Source: Nageia nagi
Taxonomy: Eukaryota > Plantae > Pinophyta
DNA length: 64,000 bases
NCBI GenBank assembly: GCA_050084985.1
Contig: JBITNC010000002.1
Location: 38,750,001-38,814,000 of the forward strand
Reading direction: 5' to 3'
Shown piece after piece: positions 1-13,661 of the stretch. The first letter of the stretch is position 1. Every line of letters starts with the position of its first letter. A model generated the notes under the pieces. That model searched no databases, had not been told where the DNA came from, and worked only from the letters and a program-made list of their open reading frames with translations. Both the position numbers and the translations under genes were made by a program.

Positions 1-800
1 TGATACATAAATTTGTGAGAAACTTTAAATTTAATATCAAAAAAAGTTCAATTTAAAGATTTATGTCAAATTAAGCAATTGCCTAACCAACCTTTGTATG
101 ATTTTGTGAAAGTATGAAAATAAATTGTAAATAAAATCTTTATGCTTGAGCAAGATTTAAAAGAAACTTTTACTAATACTTTATTACCTATATATAAATT
201 GTTGGTTATCTCTAATCATAGATTGAAATTAGCTATAATGTTAGATATTTTTCTTAAAGAGGAAGATTGTATTAAGAAAACTTATACAAAAATGTTATCA
301 AAAACCTCAACTATATGAAAAGAAACCTAAAGTGTATGCAAAGAATACTAAAGTTGCGATAGCTAATGTTGATAGAAACAAGAATAGACCACAAAGAAGG
401 TTTACAAGCCTAACTGATAGTGTTGATAATTTTCTCAATGTGTTATTAAAAGAAAAACTTATTGAGCTTCCATAAATGGTTCAATAACACTTTTCTAATA
501 GTGTTACTAAAAATTATAGATATGGAGAATTTTGCAATTATCATAGGACACTAGGGAACCTAACAAGAAATTGTAGGTTTTAAAAAATATCATTCAAGAT
601 TTCATTGATAAGAATGAAATTCATATGGATGATAATCCTAAAGCATACAAAGGAACTGTACATCCTGATAATGGATAATTGGATATATATACTAACCCTA
701 AAGTTACCAAAGATAACTCAACAACCAAAATGCTTCAATTATTTGGTAAGTACTTCACATTGTATGAAATATTATTTCCCTAATAGCCATGAGTGAAAAA
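1..800 (+). mobile_element. Degraded gag region of a Ty3/gypsy (Tat/Athila-like) LTR retrotransposon; outer element, 5' part lies outside the window
   Basis: Manual translation gives LCQIKQLPNQPLYDFVKV* (retrotransposon-gag-like) near 61-115. It also gives EFCNYHRTLGNLTRNCR...KNIIQDFIDKNEI at about 527-620, a degenerate C-x2-H-x4-H-x4-C knuckle followed by KxxIQDxI. Confidence 0.6.
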
Positions 801-1331
801 GACATCAACAACAAGTAAGCAAAGGCTCTAATGAAGAGAGAAAAAACACCATGTCAAATCTTATAGGATGAATGCTACTGATAGTGTGCAAGACTATCTG
901 CATGCTACCAATGATGTTCGCTACACTACCAAAAAGGCATCTATTTTTGTTCTTGCATTTTCAAATTATGTATGAGCTATTAAACCTTCCCATGTATGCA
1001 AAGTTATTGCTTAAAGTTAAAAAATTCATATTTGTGTTGTATGATAGGTAGGTTATTTTCTACATGGTCAAAAGGGTATGTTGCACTATCATAATGGTCA
1101 TGTAATGGTCTTATTATTCTTCTTAGTAGGTTTTGAAGGGTCCCTCATATAGTTTTCTTTTAAAACTATCAAAACCCACATCATTAATTATGTGCAACTA
1201 TTTTTGCATCGTTAATAGTGTGCCTTTCTCAAACTAGAATAAAATGCAATAGTATATCATGCTTCCTTGTAGTTCATTGAGATATTTTAGGAGGGTATCA
1301 TTAACTCTTGCATCTGTTAAAGAATAAAAAT

Positions 1332-2021
1332 TGATCTGTAATCACCAGATGCTTATAACATACATTTATCCTCACTTATAGATTCAAACAAAAATTATTC
1401 ACCATTATGAGATCATACAATTACATATAAAATTTAAAATTTCCTTAATATAAATCATAAAATACTAGCAATCTCAAATACATAATAAGATCAACATAAT
1501 GATTTACCCTGGTTCACCTAATATGGGCTAATCCAACATAGAATTAAATCCTTCTCTTCTCATTGTCTATGGACATTACAATATTACATGCATAGAGAAA
1601 ATACCATTAACATGATGGCAATACAATCTCCTACAATTATTCCAATTTCTACAGTAAGAAGAAAATAACCTTAAAAATACAAAATTTTGGAATGACTCTT
1701 GGTATTCCTTCAAATATTATAATCACAAAATCCTAAAAATCTCCATCATCTCTATATGGAATCAAAGAGTAGCATGCCCCTTAAATAATCTTGGAATCAT
1801 CTCCAAGATACTGATCGAACACACTAAACTACTCAGCTATCCAAAATATCGATGTCCATTCAACTTCCCCTACTAGCTCATCAAGATGCATGCTATTTTT
1901 TGTTTGGTTTTATATATTGATCAACTCCAAATTTTAGTCTTTGACTTATCTCCAAGCATAGATACATATAGAATGAGTACTTCTCCTGCAAAGACAACCT
2001 AACACGATCCAATTCGGATCA
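1332..2021 (-). repeat. 3' LTR of the gypsy element
   Basis: TGATC...GATCA termini; colinear direct repeat of 12944-13661 (both contain ttcaaacaaaaattattcaccattatgagatcatacaatt). Confidence 0.9.
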
Positions 2022-2250
2022 TACTCCCTAATGGAAGAGCATTTGGTCCCATAAATACATAGATGAGGATATAATTCCTTAACTCTAGACTTTTCCATCC
2101 ACTTGGTTTTGTTAAGCTTCTATCCTTTCAATCCAACCAAAACAATTCTATCTCACCTCTCCTTGTAGCATGAGCTTTCTTTTGTAATATCGAATCCTCT
2201 TTGAGTTCATCCATAGTATTAGGAGCTATGTCATTAAGAGATGGTAAAGT

Positions 2251-2889
2251 CTAATTTGAACCTACTTCATCTTGAGTCAACATGGATGGCTCATACATTT
2301 TCAAATTCTCAACATTCACAACTAAATATATGTTCATATATTCTAGTAGATTCAACCTAAAAGCATTCTCACTTATTTGCTCCATAATCTCAAATGGTCC
2401 ATACCTTATAGGCTTCATGTTCTTGGCTGGTCCTTGCAACCTCTCCTTCCTAATATGCAACCAAACATGGTATCCCACATGAAACTTATGGTCAAATATA
2501 TATTTTTCATATCTCATATTGTATCTAGCTTGGATTGTTTGAAGTTGCTCTTGGAATTTCAAATGAACTTGCCTAATCTTTTCAACAAATGTTTTAGCTT
2601 ACTTTTCCTCTTTCTCAAGTGAATCTTCTTCATCCTTTTGTTTCCCAAACATATAATCAAAAGGTGAAGGTGGTAAATAATCAAAATAAGTCTCAAAAAG
2701 ACTTTTATTAATGGAAGAATGAATTTCCCTATTATATGAATGTTGGATATATTCAAAATGTTCATTCCAAGACTTAGGATGCTTGCCATAATAGCCCCTT
2801 AAGAGTTGAAACACTATCCTATCCACCACCTCAATTTGTCCATCTATTTTAGGATGAAAGTAAGTACTCCTCTTCAACCTTATGTCCAT
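2251..2889 (-). pseudogene. Ty3/gypsy integrase C-terminal half (frameshifted)
   Basis: ORFs RSTYFHPKIDGQIEVVDR (HPQTDGQ-like) and KPIRYGPFEI (GPY/F motif). Confidence 0.85.
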
Positions 2890-2894
2890 TTTAT

Positions 2895-3001
2895 CTGTGT
2901 TCCTTTCTTATACTTGATCACTAGATGAAATTATTATAGAAAACCTTATTCTGTGTTCCTTTCTTATACTTGATCACTAGATGAAATTGTTACAGAAAAC
3001 C
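2895..3001. repeat. Two ~56-bp tandem copies at a deletion junction inside gypsy pol
   Basis: ctgtgttcctttcttatacttgatcactagatgaaatt(a/g)tta(t/c)agaaaacc occurs twice. Confidence 0.85.
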
Positions 3002-3999
3002 CATCCATTTATAGTGTGTAGTTTGCTGCAATTTTGATTGAGTTTGTAAATACTTTAATGTTTTATGATAAATATGAATGATTTTTTCTTTCACCATTAA
3101 GTAATATTTTCACTTTTTAATAGCTTAAACCAGTGCATACATTTCCTTATCATAAGTAGGATAATTCAAAATACCCCCACTAAATTTTTTAGAATGATAG
3201 CAAATTGGTTTAACTTCTTTAACAAAAAAGCTCCCATGGCATAATCACTTACATCAGTCTTAGCTTCAAATGGCTTTTGTAAATTAAGAACTACTAGCAT
3301 GGTGCATTAATAATATTTTACTTCAAGGCATCAAAAGATGCTTTTCGTTGTTTTTCCCATTGGAAAAATTGCCTATTTTCATTTACATCATGTAAAGGTG
3401 AAGCAATATGAGAAAAATAAATAATAAAATTTCTCAAATATGGGAAAACATCTTAGAAAATCCTTGCTTCAGTTACATTATTTGGCCTTGTCCAATCTAC
3501 TATAGCACTTACTTTACTAGGATCTATCTTAAGTTATCCATGATCTATACATGGCCCAAATACACCCAATACTGTTTGTTTCTTATTCTTCTTATTATTA
3601 TTTTTTTATTAGAACCAATGATTAAATTGATATGAATCAAAAAATAAAAATAATTTTTTGAAAATACCTCATACACCTTTTACAAAAAAAGAGAGAAGCA
3701 AAATTATTTTCCCTATCATAGACAGATAGGAAAAAATAGTTCTCTATAGAGTATCTACCGTATTCAGTTTGAACATAAAATAAAATAAGTAACATTATAT
3801 AGGAATAATAAAGGTTTTTATCATGCATTTGTTGCTAAGGAAATAAAATAAAGCATCGTAAAAAAAACTAGAACTATTTTCATGTCCATAGAGGTATAGT
3901 GAATTTCTTGACAAACCAAAAACTTGTTATCAACTTGTATGTTCTTAAGAAGTCTACAGAAAGAAACTTGATCATTACTTTGCATGATAACCATAATGA

Positions 4000-4838
4000 G
4001 TGCTAAAAATTAACCATGGAAACTTTCTCTAGTATCCAAATTTGTATCTGGTTTGACCTTGCTGATGGGTTTGACCTTGAAATATAATCTAGCATTGTAT
4101 TTTGGTTGTATTGTTGCTTGTAATGAGAAGGTATCATGCTAATAATCTCTTTGCTACACCTCTTTTGGTTGGAATATGTATTGATCCCACTCAATTTTAA
4201 GATTGTAATGGTTGAATTTATAGAATTTGTTGTATATCTTTCTTCAATATTTGCTTTCTAAATCATGCATTTTCATTAGGCATTTGAGCCATGTAGAGCA
4301 TCATAAACTGGGATAGTTTCAAACACAATATTAGGCTAACCTTTACATCTTTCAGCTTATATAAGAATAATATTATGAAATAATACTTGAAATAATTCAT
4401 CAAAATTATACGAGTCCCATAAACTTTAGCATGTTAGCCATCCAATGTGACATATTTCATAATAATTTTGCAAATTTTGTACTAGGGATATGGGAGGCTT
4501 CTCCTTTTTGTACAACTCTAGTTTAATATTATCCCCCTCAAATCATCAAATTTCTTAAAACTTTCTAACCTTTGAATTCCTTTTCACTTATTTATCTTCA
4601 TTTGGAAGCCCTATGGCCTATGCAATAGTCTCTGCATCAAATATTATTTCCTTCCCATGTATTTGGTAGACCCATTATCCCCGTTATTGATAATGTAATC
4701 AACCAATCTTCTATCTGTATCTGTGCATGCCTCAATAAACCTATCCAAATCCCCTCTATAGAAAATTATTCATATGTGAGGGTCTTTGTTTGCTTTTTTT
4801 GGGCTAGTCAACTTAATAAAAACCATATCACTCCCCAT
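4000..4838 (-). pseudogene. Decayed extra ORF (ORF3) downstream of LINE ORF2; uncharacterised TE-associated protein
   Basis: ATG at 4838: MGSDMVFIKLTS...IFYRGDLDRFIEAC...FDAETIA*AIGLP...SLPYP*YKICKIIMKYVTLDG*HAKVYGTRIILMNYFK. Homologous to the frame at 42420-43055. Confidence 0.75.
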
Positions 4839-7800
4839 CCCTATTCAGCTCATTTAACCATGAGAGCTCTCCTAATCACTTATGAAAATGAATTTTTTTT
4901 GGAATTACTATTTCCAAAATGTGTTGTCATCTTTTTCCATGATACTAATTCATCATAATTCCCATTTTTATTGAGATTGATTATGATAGTGATTAGCTCA
5001 TATCAAATATCCCATCGTAGTGATCCAAATCAATTATTTATCTTTTTGGTATAAATTCCTATCATAGGGAGCTTCCACATAGCCATTTTTGCTCTCCATG
5101 TTATTATTAATAATCCTTTTATCTATCTTCATAAGTTTTATGATAATCATAAAAGAAAGTGATTTAATTACCATTAGAGAAGAGTGAGGTGAAGCATGCC
5201 AAAATCTTCTCCAAGTCATAGTAAAGCCTCATGTTTTCAAGTGTACTAGATATGATACACTTCATAACTCCTTGAGCTTCAATTTCCTCACCTTCAAAGA
5301 CTCTTTCATTTCTCCACTTCCATATTTTCCACCACATATGGACCAATAAAAAATATGAGAATTTTTCAAACCCTTTAATCCTTTTGCATGGATCCCATTG
5401 GGATATACATTGATTAGCATCTTGAGCTAAGACCTATTGTATCTTCATTTTTTTACAAATTATGTCCCATATATTTCTAGAGTAATTGCAATGGAGAAAG
5501 AGATGATTTATATTTTCCTCTTCTCTTTTACACAACACACATCTATTTGGTACTGAGAATCCCCTTTTATTCATATTATCAATAGTTAATAGTCTTTTTT
5601 TTTTCTATGAGCCATAGAAAGAATGAGATCTTTGGGATTAATTTAGCTTTCCAAATTCTATTCTAGAAGTGTTTTCCTTCTTAGTTTTCTTAGGTAGTAG
5701 TTAAAACCTTAATCGCTTCTTTAGTCTTGTATTACCCATCTAGCCTATGTTTCCACATTGGTTCCCCTTTATCTAAAGATAAATAGATATCCACTTTATT
5801 AATATCATTTTCCACTTTTGTTAATTATCTTGCAATATTACCCCTTTTTGGTTTGTGGAGTATCCATTTCTACCTATTGTTATCAAAATTTTGGTTCATA
5901 GTAGCTCCCTAGTTTTTTAATGCCCATTTGGCTCCTTTCCTAAATTTTCTCATAGCAATTAGAGGCATTTCCTTTATCCAAGCATATTCCCACATGAATA
6001 CTTACTTTCCATGTCCTAGTTTTCACTTGATTACCATTTGAATAATAGGCCTAGTTGAAATGAGGCCATTCTAGAAGGGGGATCCATAAAGTGGATTTTG
6101 TATTATGAGTATGAGATCTTGTCCCATCATGTATTTTTCAATACATATATTAATCCATTCCTTTTTTACATTTGTTGTCATGTGTGAGATTAGTTTTCCT
6201 TGCAGAGCTTGACTAACATGATTCATTTTATTGAGCCCTAGTCCTCCTTAAGTTTTTTCCTTATAAACAACATTCCATGCTACAAGGGTTATTCTTATTT
6301 TTTCAACATCTCTCATCCATAAAAATCTATTACATATTTTATCTATTTTTTCACAAATGGTTATTGGCATTTTGAAGGCCATTACACTGTAAATAGGTAT
6401 GCTCTAAAGGAATATATTGATTAGTGTGAGTTTTCTTGCATAGCTTAGGATCTTCCCTTTCCATATCATAAGTTTGTTTTGAATCTTTTGGATTATATTG
6501 TCCCAGTATTGATATTTAATTCTACCCACATAAAGTGGCATACCTAAATACTTAGTGGGTAATTCATCAATCTTGCATCCCCAAATATTTATAATTCTCC
6601 TTTTAATTAACTCTGTGGAATTTAACATATAAAGTTTGATTTTTGGGAGATTTATCTTTTGGTGGGTAGCCTTCTCATATATATTCATGATTTTTTTAAA
6701 TGTCAAAGATCTTAACATTTGTGCTTTTTCGATAAAGATTATGTCATTAACAAACTAATGATGGGTAGTGGGTGTGAAATGTGGGGTTTGATCAATTCCT
6801 ATTATAGTTTTATCCTTACAAGCTATTACTATCATCCTTCCTAAAGCTTTTACCATGATTATAAAAAGATAGGGTGATATAGGGTGTCCCTGTCTAAGTC
6901 CCCTTTGGGATCTAAAGAAGCATGTAGCCTCCCCATTTATAATGACTAAAAACATGGGAGAAGTAATGCATTCCATTATCCATTTTATCCATATTGGTCT
7001 AAAACCAAATGTTTCAAGTATCTATTCCATAAAATTCTAGTTTACCCTATCATATGCTCTCTCCATATCAATCTTGATAATCATTGTTAGGGTCTGCTTA
7101 TTATGGGCTGAATGTAGCACCTCATGTATTTGTATAATACCATCCGTTATTTGCCTTCCTTTGACAAACCCATCCTATTCACTAGAGATTATTTTAGGCA
7201 TGATTGGTTTAAGTTTTTCAGCCATGATCTTTGTTATTATCTTGTAAGTGATATAACAAAGACTTATTAGCCTGTAGTCTTTGAAATCCATAGCTTCTTG
7301 AATTTTAGGTATTAAATCTTAGAAGGTATTGTTCATTTATTTTAGTAGATGCCCTTTCTTAAAAACTTCCTTTACATAATACCACACATCTTTACCAACA
7401 ATGTCCCAATTTTTATGAAAAAAACATACAGGAAAGCCATCTGGTCATGATGTTTTATCTGCCTTCATAAGAAATATTACACTCTTGAATTCTTCCTCAT
7501 TAGGTTATTTCTATAGATATTTGTTTTGTTGATCATTAATGAGTTTAGGAATATTTTGTAGGGATTTTCTTCTAGCTATAGAGTTATTCCTTTGATCAAT
7601 CGAAAGAAGTTTTTGGTAAAAAAGTACTACCTCCTTTTTTATATCTTGTTCTTCATTTATCAATGTGCCATATGCCCCTTGGATTTCATTGATTCTATTG
7701 TAGTTCCTTCTCATTAACATTTTCATTTTGAAGAATTTAGTATTCCTATATCCTTCCTTCAACTAAGTAATTCTAGATTTTTATCTCCATAGTCATTCCT

Positions 7801-9681
7801 CTTAAGCAATAGTATTATAGTAGTTTTCCAGGACTTGTCTTTTCTCCTTGTCCAAATCATCTGTTCTTCCTATTCTTAATATTTTATTTTCATTTTCTTC
7901 TATTTTGTCCTTCATGTTATTCTTTCTATAGTGGACATTTTTGAAAACTTTCCTGTTCCATATCTTGAGATTTCATTTTGACTTCATCCAATTTTTTTGT
8001 AAGTTTGAACATGCCTATTCCAATAAATTTTATCTTCTACCATTTTGCTAAGCTAGTCTCGAAACCCTCATGTAACATCCACACATTTTTAAATTTAAAG
8101 GGAGATTTTTTCTTCTTTTCTTTCTCCATTTTTAATTCAATGGGTCTATGGTCAAAGGATATTTTGGATAGGGAGTTAAGGATTGAATTTGGTTATTGGT
8201 TTAGCCATCCATTCTATCTAATCATCTTTGAATAAAGGATTCTCCTATTATTTTGTTGGACCAGGTGTATCTATTTCCCTTTAAGTGAATATCAAGAAGT
8301 TTATTTTCATCTAAGAAGCTTCAAAGGTCCTCCATACTAGATGAAATGTTTATCCTCCCCCCATATTTATCATCTACACTTAGGAAGTGTTATAACATCC
8401 TCCAATTAGCCATGATTTATTTTGAAAGAGATTGTGGTGTGTGGATAGTGCATCCCAGAATACCCTTCTCGTGGACATGATATTAGGGGCATAAATATTT
8501 GTTATAATGAAACTAAAATCCATAGACTTACATTTTACTTCCATTGTTAGACATCTATTTTATGGGTAGGGGATTTGGGTCACCTCCACTTTGAGTGGAT
8601 CCCACATAGTCCATATTCCTCTATATTTATCAATAGTTGAAATGGCTTCATATCTAGCATTTTTTCAAACTCTCTTTACAATCATTCCTATTTTATTATG
8701 TTTGATCTTTATTTCCTGATTTAGAAGAATATCAAGTTTTTTTCCCTTCTCATATCCCTTACAATCATTTGTTTCTTGGGTCTATTGGATCCTTGTATAT
8801 TACAACATATTATCTTCATAATCATTGTCTTCCAGCACTCTACTCTTGAGTGTTCTTGGTTGGTTTCCCTTTATTTTTTTGTGAATGAGATCCTTTCTTC
8901 CCATACTGCTAAATTTGTTGTTTTTCTCTTCATCTTCAGTTCTTTAGTAGTCTGGAGTATAAGGATATTCTTAATATTCACTTTTTTGGGGACTTTTTTC
9001 TGATCTAACCTCTCTGCTTCACTAAGTATTGTTATTCTATCTTCATTATATTTATTTTTTATATCCTTTATTTCTTCATCTTCTTCTCCTTCCTCTTCAT
9101 ATTCTTCTTCATCATCCTCTTCCTTTGCTTCATTTTCTTCATATATGGTTTCCTCTGATTCTTGTCCTTCCAAATTACATTCTTTTCTCATAATCTTTAT
9201 GTTTCCTATTTCATATTGAAATTTGAATCATCAACTTCCCTATTTTATGTGTCAAATTGAGTTTCCTTGAATTGAGAGGGTATGCTCCTCTCTTCTTCAA
9301 GTATTTCATAAAGAACTTAAAATCTATTCCCTTTTAGAGGTGAATATGCTTTTTATTATTGTTTATGTCCCTGCATTGAAAAATTAGATTCATTGATTTG
9401 GGCATCTAAGGTAGTGTTTTGATTAGCCTACTCTTATTTTGATGTTCCTTCTCCCTCATTCCTTAAATAGTTTCTAGCTTTTTCCCTTTATCTTGGTAGT
9501 TTGGTGTGTGTGCGATCTCCTGTTTGTCTCCATGTTCCTTCAAACTTTTGATTATTTTTGTATTATTGTTGGAAGACTTGTTGAGTTGATTGCATTCCTT
9601 GTTGAGCCTGCTGTCTAGGCTTGGATGGATAGTCTTTCTTTAAATGATCATATCTATTACATGTAGCACACAAGGTTATTG

Positions 9682-9815
9682 GGATATCAAACACGATCTC
9701 TTGGATATGTTCCCTTTTTTATTCTTGGATATCAACATGATCTCTTGGATATGTTCCCTTTTTTATTCTTAAATATCAAGCATGATCTCTTGGATATGTT
9801 CCCTTTTTTATTCTT
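9682..9815. repeat. Three tandem copies of a 44-45-bp unit inside LINE ORF1
   Basis: Unit ggatatcaacatgatctcttggatatgttcccttttttattctt; copies are near-identical. Confidence 0.9.
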
Positions 9816-12800
9816 AAGGCACATATTTATCTTCATAGGTTTGGTTATAACAATATTGGACCAAAATTTGATAGTTTGATATGTTTTTCTTGATCATGTA
9901 TTTCTATCCAAGCATATAAAGTCTCCCATGGTAGAGGCTATACCAACTATAGCTTCCTAAAACCAAAAGTCAATGGGTAGATTAGATAATAAGATCCACA
10001 TTGGTATTTTGGTAAAATATTCATTCTTAGGGTTAAATTCTTAATATCATTTTTTAATATGTAGCCCACTCTTTCCAAACCACCAAGGTCCTTTCTCCAT
10101 AACCTAGTGGAGATCTTCTAGATTGAAGGTAAACATGAGGAAATCATTTGAGAGTATTGCATTTCAACCTCCCCTTTAGTTTTCCATACAGTTTTGATCC
10201 ATGTTCAAATGTTTTCTAGTATCAATCTTGTCCCCATAAATTTTTCTATTAGTGTATTTTTTTGGATTCTTGTCTTTTCTCATATGCCTCATCTAAGATG
10301 ATTATTCTATACATACCTTTATGAAAATTAACTTTTTGTACTTCCACAAGTAGACCTAGTTGAATACCATTCCATAGGTTTCTTTTTAATGTGTGCAAGA
10401 AAGATGACAAAGCATGTTGGGGGGCCCACCCTATTGGGCGGGTCCATCATAGAATAAGCCAAAAATCACATGCACTATTAGAAAAGTTTGACCTCTTTTT
10501 TTATTAGAGAATGTTAGCTTACTAGTTCTTCTAATGAATAACAACCTATAGAGATGCTCAAAACCCTAACCCTTACTCCTCTCCCTATCGTTCCTCCCAT
10601 AGTTGCTTAATTGTATTCCAAAGACTCTTTGCAATACTCACATTTTTAATGTTTCAATAACAACTTCACCCTATTCAAAGTTTGAAAGGCTTCTCTAATA
10701 TGTACAACATGTTCTTCCCAATTAGAACTATAAAAAAGAATATCATCCAAGTATACAATAACAAAAGAATCAATAATGGATGAAGTACATCATTCATGAC
10801 CCTCCTAAAGGTGGTTAGTGCAATGCACAAACCAAATGTCAAAATAAGACACTCAAATAGGCCTTGTCTTGTCTTGAAATAAGTCTTCCAAGTTTCATCC
10901 TCCTTGATTTGAACTTAGTGATATCCACTCCTCAAGTCCATTTTGGTGAAGAATCTTACCCCTTGCAACTGATCCAAAAGATCATCTATCCAAGGAAAAG
11001 GATAGCAATTTTGTATGGTGATTTTGTTAAGTGCTCTATAGTTAATACACATTCTCCATGTTTGATCCTTCTTGGGATAAAAAACAAATAGGTAATCCTC
11101 ATGGATATGTACTTGATATAATCACACCTTAATCAATCAATTCTTGAATCTATCATTTTATCTCACCTTTTTCCAAACTTGATTACCGATACAAAGCTAT
11201 GATGGGAAATGAAGCATTAGGTATTACATGCCACTAATAGCATGAGATTCACCTCACCTGAGGCTCCTATTTTTACCATGATTAGAACAAACATTTTAGA
11301 AGCATTCACAATATGTTTTACCTGATTGGAAGTGACCAAAGGTAGCTTTTTCCTACTTTTATATGCATTATCTTGAAACACTTTTTCCATCTTTCACCAA
11401 CTGTAATTTATTCCATCTTCTATAATAAATACCATATATATCCCACATACAAGGGATACCATGAATAACACCATAAATATATAAAGGAACAAAATCAACC
11501 ACAACTTCATCAATGTACTTTGTGCAAATAGAAAATTTCAATGTACATTGCTTAGTGACTTGCAAACTAGCATTTTGATGTACCCAACCCAATGCATATG
11601 GATTTTGATGGTTGAAAGTTTTCAATCCCAAATTACTTACCATAGTCTCTCAAATAAAATTTGCTTGAGAACCTAGATAAACAATGCAATCTACTTTGAT
11701 TTTTTTAATTTGGATTTTGACGTGGAATAATTGAATCCTTTGTTATTCAATGTCTTGAGTTTCTTCAACCTTTTAAATGGCTAAATAATTCACTTTCTCA
11801 TCAACATATGAACTTACCTCAATATCTTTGCATATAAGAACCATAGAATTAGTTTTCTCCTTATTCTTATGTTTATATGGACATAATTTTGGATGTAATT
11901 TTCATAATTTATCATCAATATGACCATCATTATCATAATGACTACAATGCCTACTATCACCTTCTTTCTTTGAAATATTAGTGGTCTTAGTTTGTTTCTC
12001 ACCTTTGCCTTTATCTTGTCCTCCCCTTGAATTAAAAGCCTTCTTGGATTCATCATATTATCTCTTTGCTTTACCATCTTCCTCTAAGTATTGCACTTGC
12101 ATACACACTTGATTAAGATTAGTAGGATTAAACAATATGATAGTCTTTTGCAAATGAATATGTAAACCTCCAATATACTTCATTAAAGTTTGAAATTTTT
12201 TAATGAAACCCAAAGTAAAGTAGCTTTTTTCCTAAATTTAGTAGTGTATTTTTAATTTTTTTTTCCTTTTTTTGTCTAAACAATTACCATTTCATCAATT
12301 ATTTGTTATGATTTTCTAATGGATAAAATTGATATCTTAATAACTCCTTAAATTCATTCTAAGAAGATATTTTTGATAAGTGTTCATGATTAAGAGTTTC
12401 TAGATGGATTTCCCACTAAACTAAAGCATGTCCACTCATCTTTAATCTAGAAAAAGAGATTTTATCAACATCATTTACAACACCATGAATTTTGAAATAA
12501 ACCTCCAATTGTTTCAACCAATTGTTCACCTTTTTTGCATCAACCTCTCTTCCAAAAGTAGGAATATCCATGTTGGCCTCCACCTTGAAGGGAAATTGAT
12601 TTAATGAAGATGATGAAATAGGTCTACCAACTACATCATGATATCTTTAATTAATATTTACATTTTCTCCAGCATCCAATAACTCAACCAACTGAGCTAA
12701 ATGAATCTCCATTTCCAAAAACATCCTTTCAAAATTAACATCCAACATGGTATGAATAATAGACTGTTGTTGCTTTGCATTATCCATTTTTGTTACTTTG

Positions 12801-12943
12801 CATCTTTGAATAATATCAAGATCCTCTAGAATCAACTTTGGTCTTTGAGATCTCCTCTCAAACATTAAAAACCATGCAGGTGGTAGCGTGAAATTTCCAA
12901 AATTTTAAACCCAAATTTTGTGTACACAAGCCTTGATTCCACA

Positions 12944-13661
12944 TGATCCATAATTACTTGATGCGTATAGCATCCTTGGATCCTCACTTACATATTCAAA
13001 CAAAAATTATTCACCATTATGAGATCATACAATTGCATAAAAAATTTGAAATTTGCTCAATGTAAATCACAAAACACTAACAATCTCAAATACACAACAA
13101 GATTAATAAAATGATTTACCCTAGCTCACCCAATGTGGGATAATATAGAATGGAATTGGAGCCTTCTCTTCTCATTTTATATGGACATTACAATATTACA
13201 TGCATAGGAAAAATACCATCAACACAATAGCAATACAATATCTAATAATTATTGTAATTTCCTATAGAAAGAAAAAATAACCTCAAAACTACAAAATTAT
13301 GGAATGACTGTTGGTGTTCCTTCAAATATTACAATCCCAAAATCCTACAACTCTCTATTCTCTCTATATGGAATAAAAGAGTAGCATGCCCCTTAAATAA
13401 GCCTAGAATCATCTCCAAGATGCCAATTGAAGACATTGAACTTCTTAGCTACCCAAAATATCAATGTCTCTTCAACTTCCCTTACTGACTTGTTAAGGTA
13501 CACATTGTTAATGGCTTGAATAAAATATAACACAACATTGGTGGCATGGTTTTGTATGTTAATCAACTCCAAATTTCACTCTTCAACCTATTTCTAAGAA
13601 CATAACTCTGGAATGAGTACTGCTCTTGCAAAGATAACTTGACATGATTCAATTTAGATGA
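12944..13661 (-). repeat. 5' LTR of the gypsy element
   Basis: Direct repeat of 1332-2021; the PBS is immediately adjacent. Confidence 0.9.

Larger units (their letters stand above)
3579..10612 (-). mobile_element. Full-length degraded L1-clade LINE (ORF1, ORF2 EN-RT-zfRVT, extra downstream ORF, A-rich tail) inserted in the gypsy RT
   Basis: ORF1: PMWILLSNLPIDFW near 9965-10005 and a knuckle CATCNRYDH near 9645-9670. EN start MKIICCNIQG near 8818. RT: RGLRQGHPISPYLF (6755-6976) and KYLGMPL (6404-6718). C-terminal WWKIWKWRNERVF (5164-5346). A-rich tail 3579-3610; degenerate ~19-bp TSD at 3560-3578 / 10613-10631. Confidence 0.9.
1332..13661 (-). mobile_element. Full-length degraded Ty3/gypsy LTR retrotransposon (gag-PR-RT-RH-INT-chromodomain-like), interrupted by an L1 LINE
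   Basis: Paired ~700-bp LTRs at 1332-2021 and 12944-13661. Degenerate Met PBS (rc TGGAATCAAGGC, 12930-12941) and PPT next to 2022. Protease ORF 11368-11643; RT IVYLDDI near 10741-10760; RNase H start FEAKTDVSD near 3245-3270. Integrase ORFs 2251-2889 include a GPF motif. Flanks AAAAT/AAAAA are a possible TSD. Confidence 0.9.

Noticed and set aside
8871-9191. Acidic 106-aa ORF as a host gene
   Set aside because: It lies between the ORF1 knuckle and the endonuclease start; it is the low-complexity tail of LINE ORF1.
9682-9815. CRISPR-like appearance of regular repeats
   Set aside because: The units are contiguous with no unique spacers, there are no cas genes, and the context is a eukaryotic LINE.
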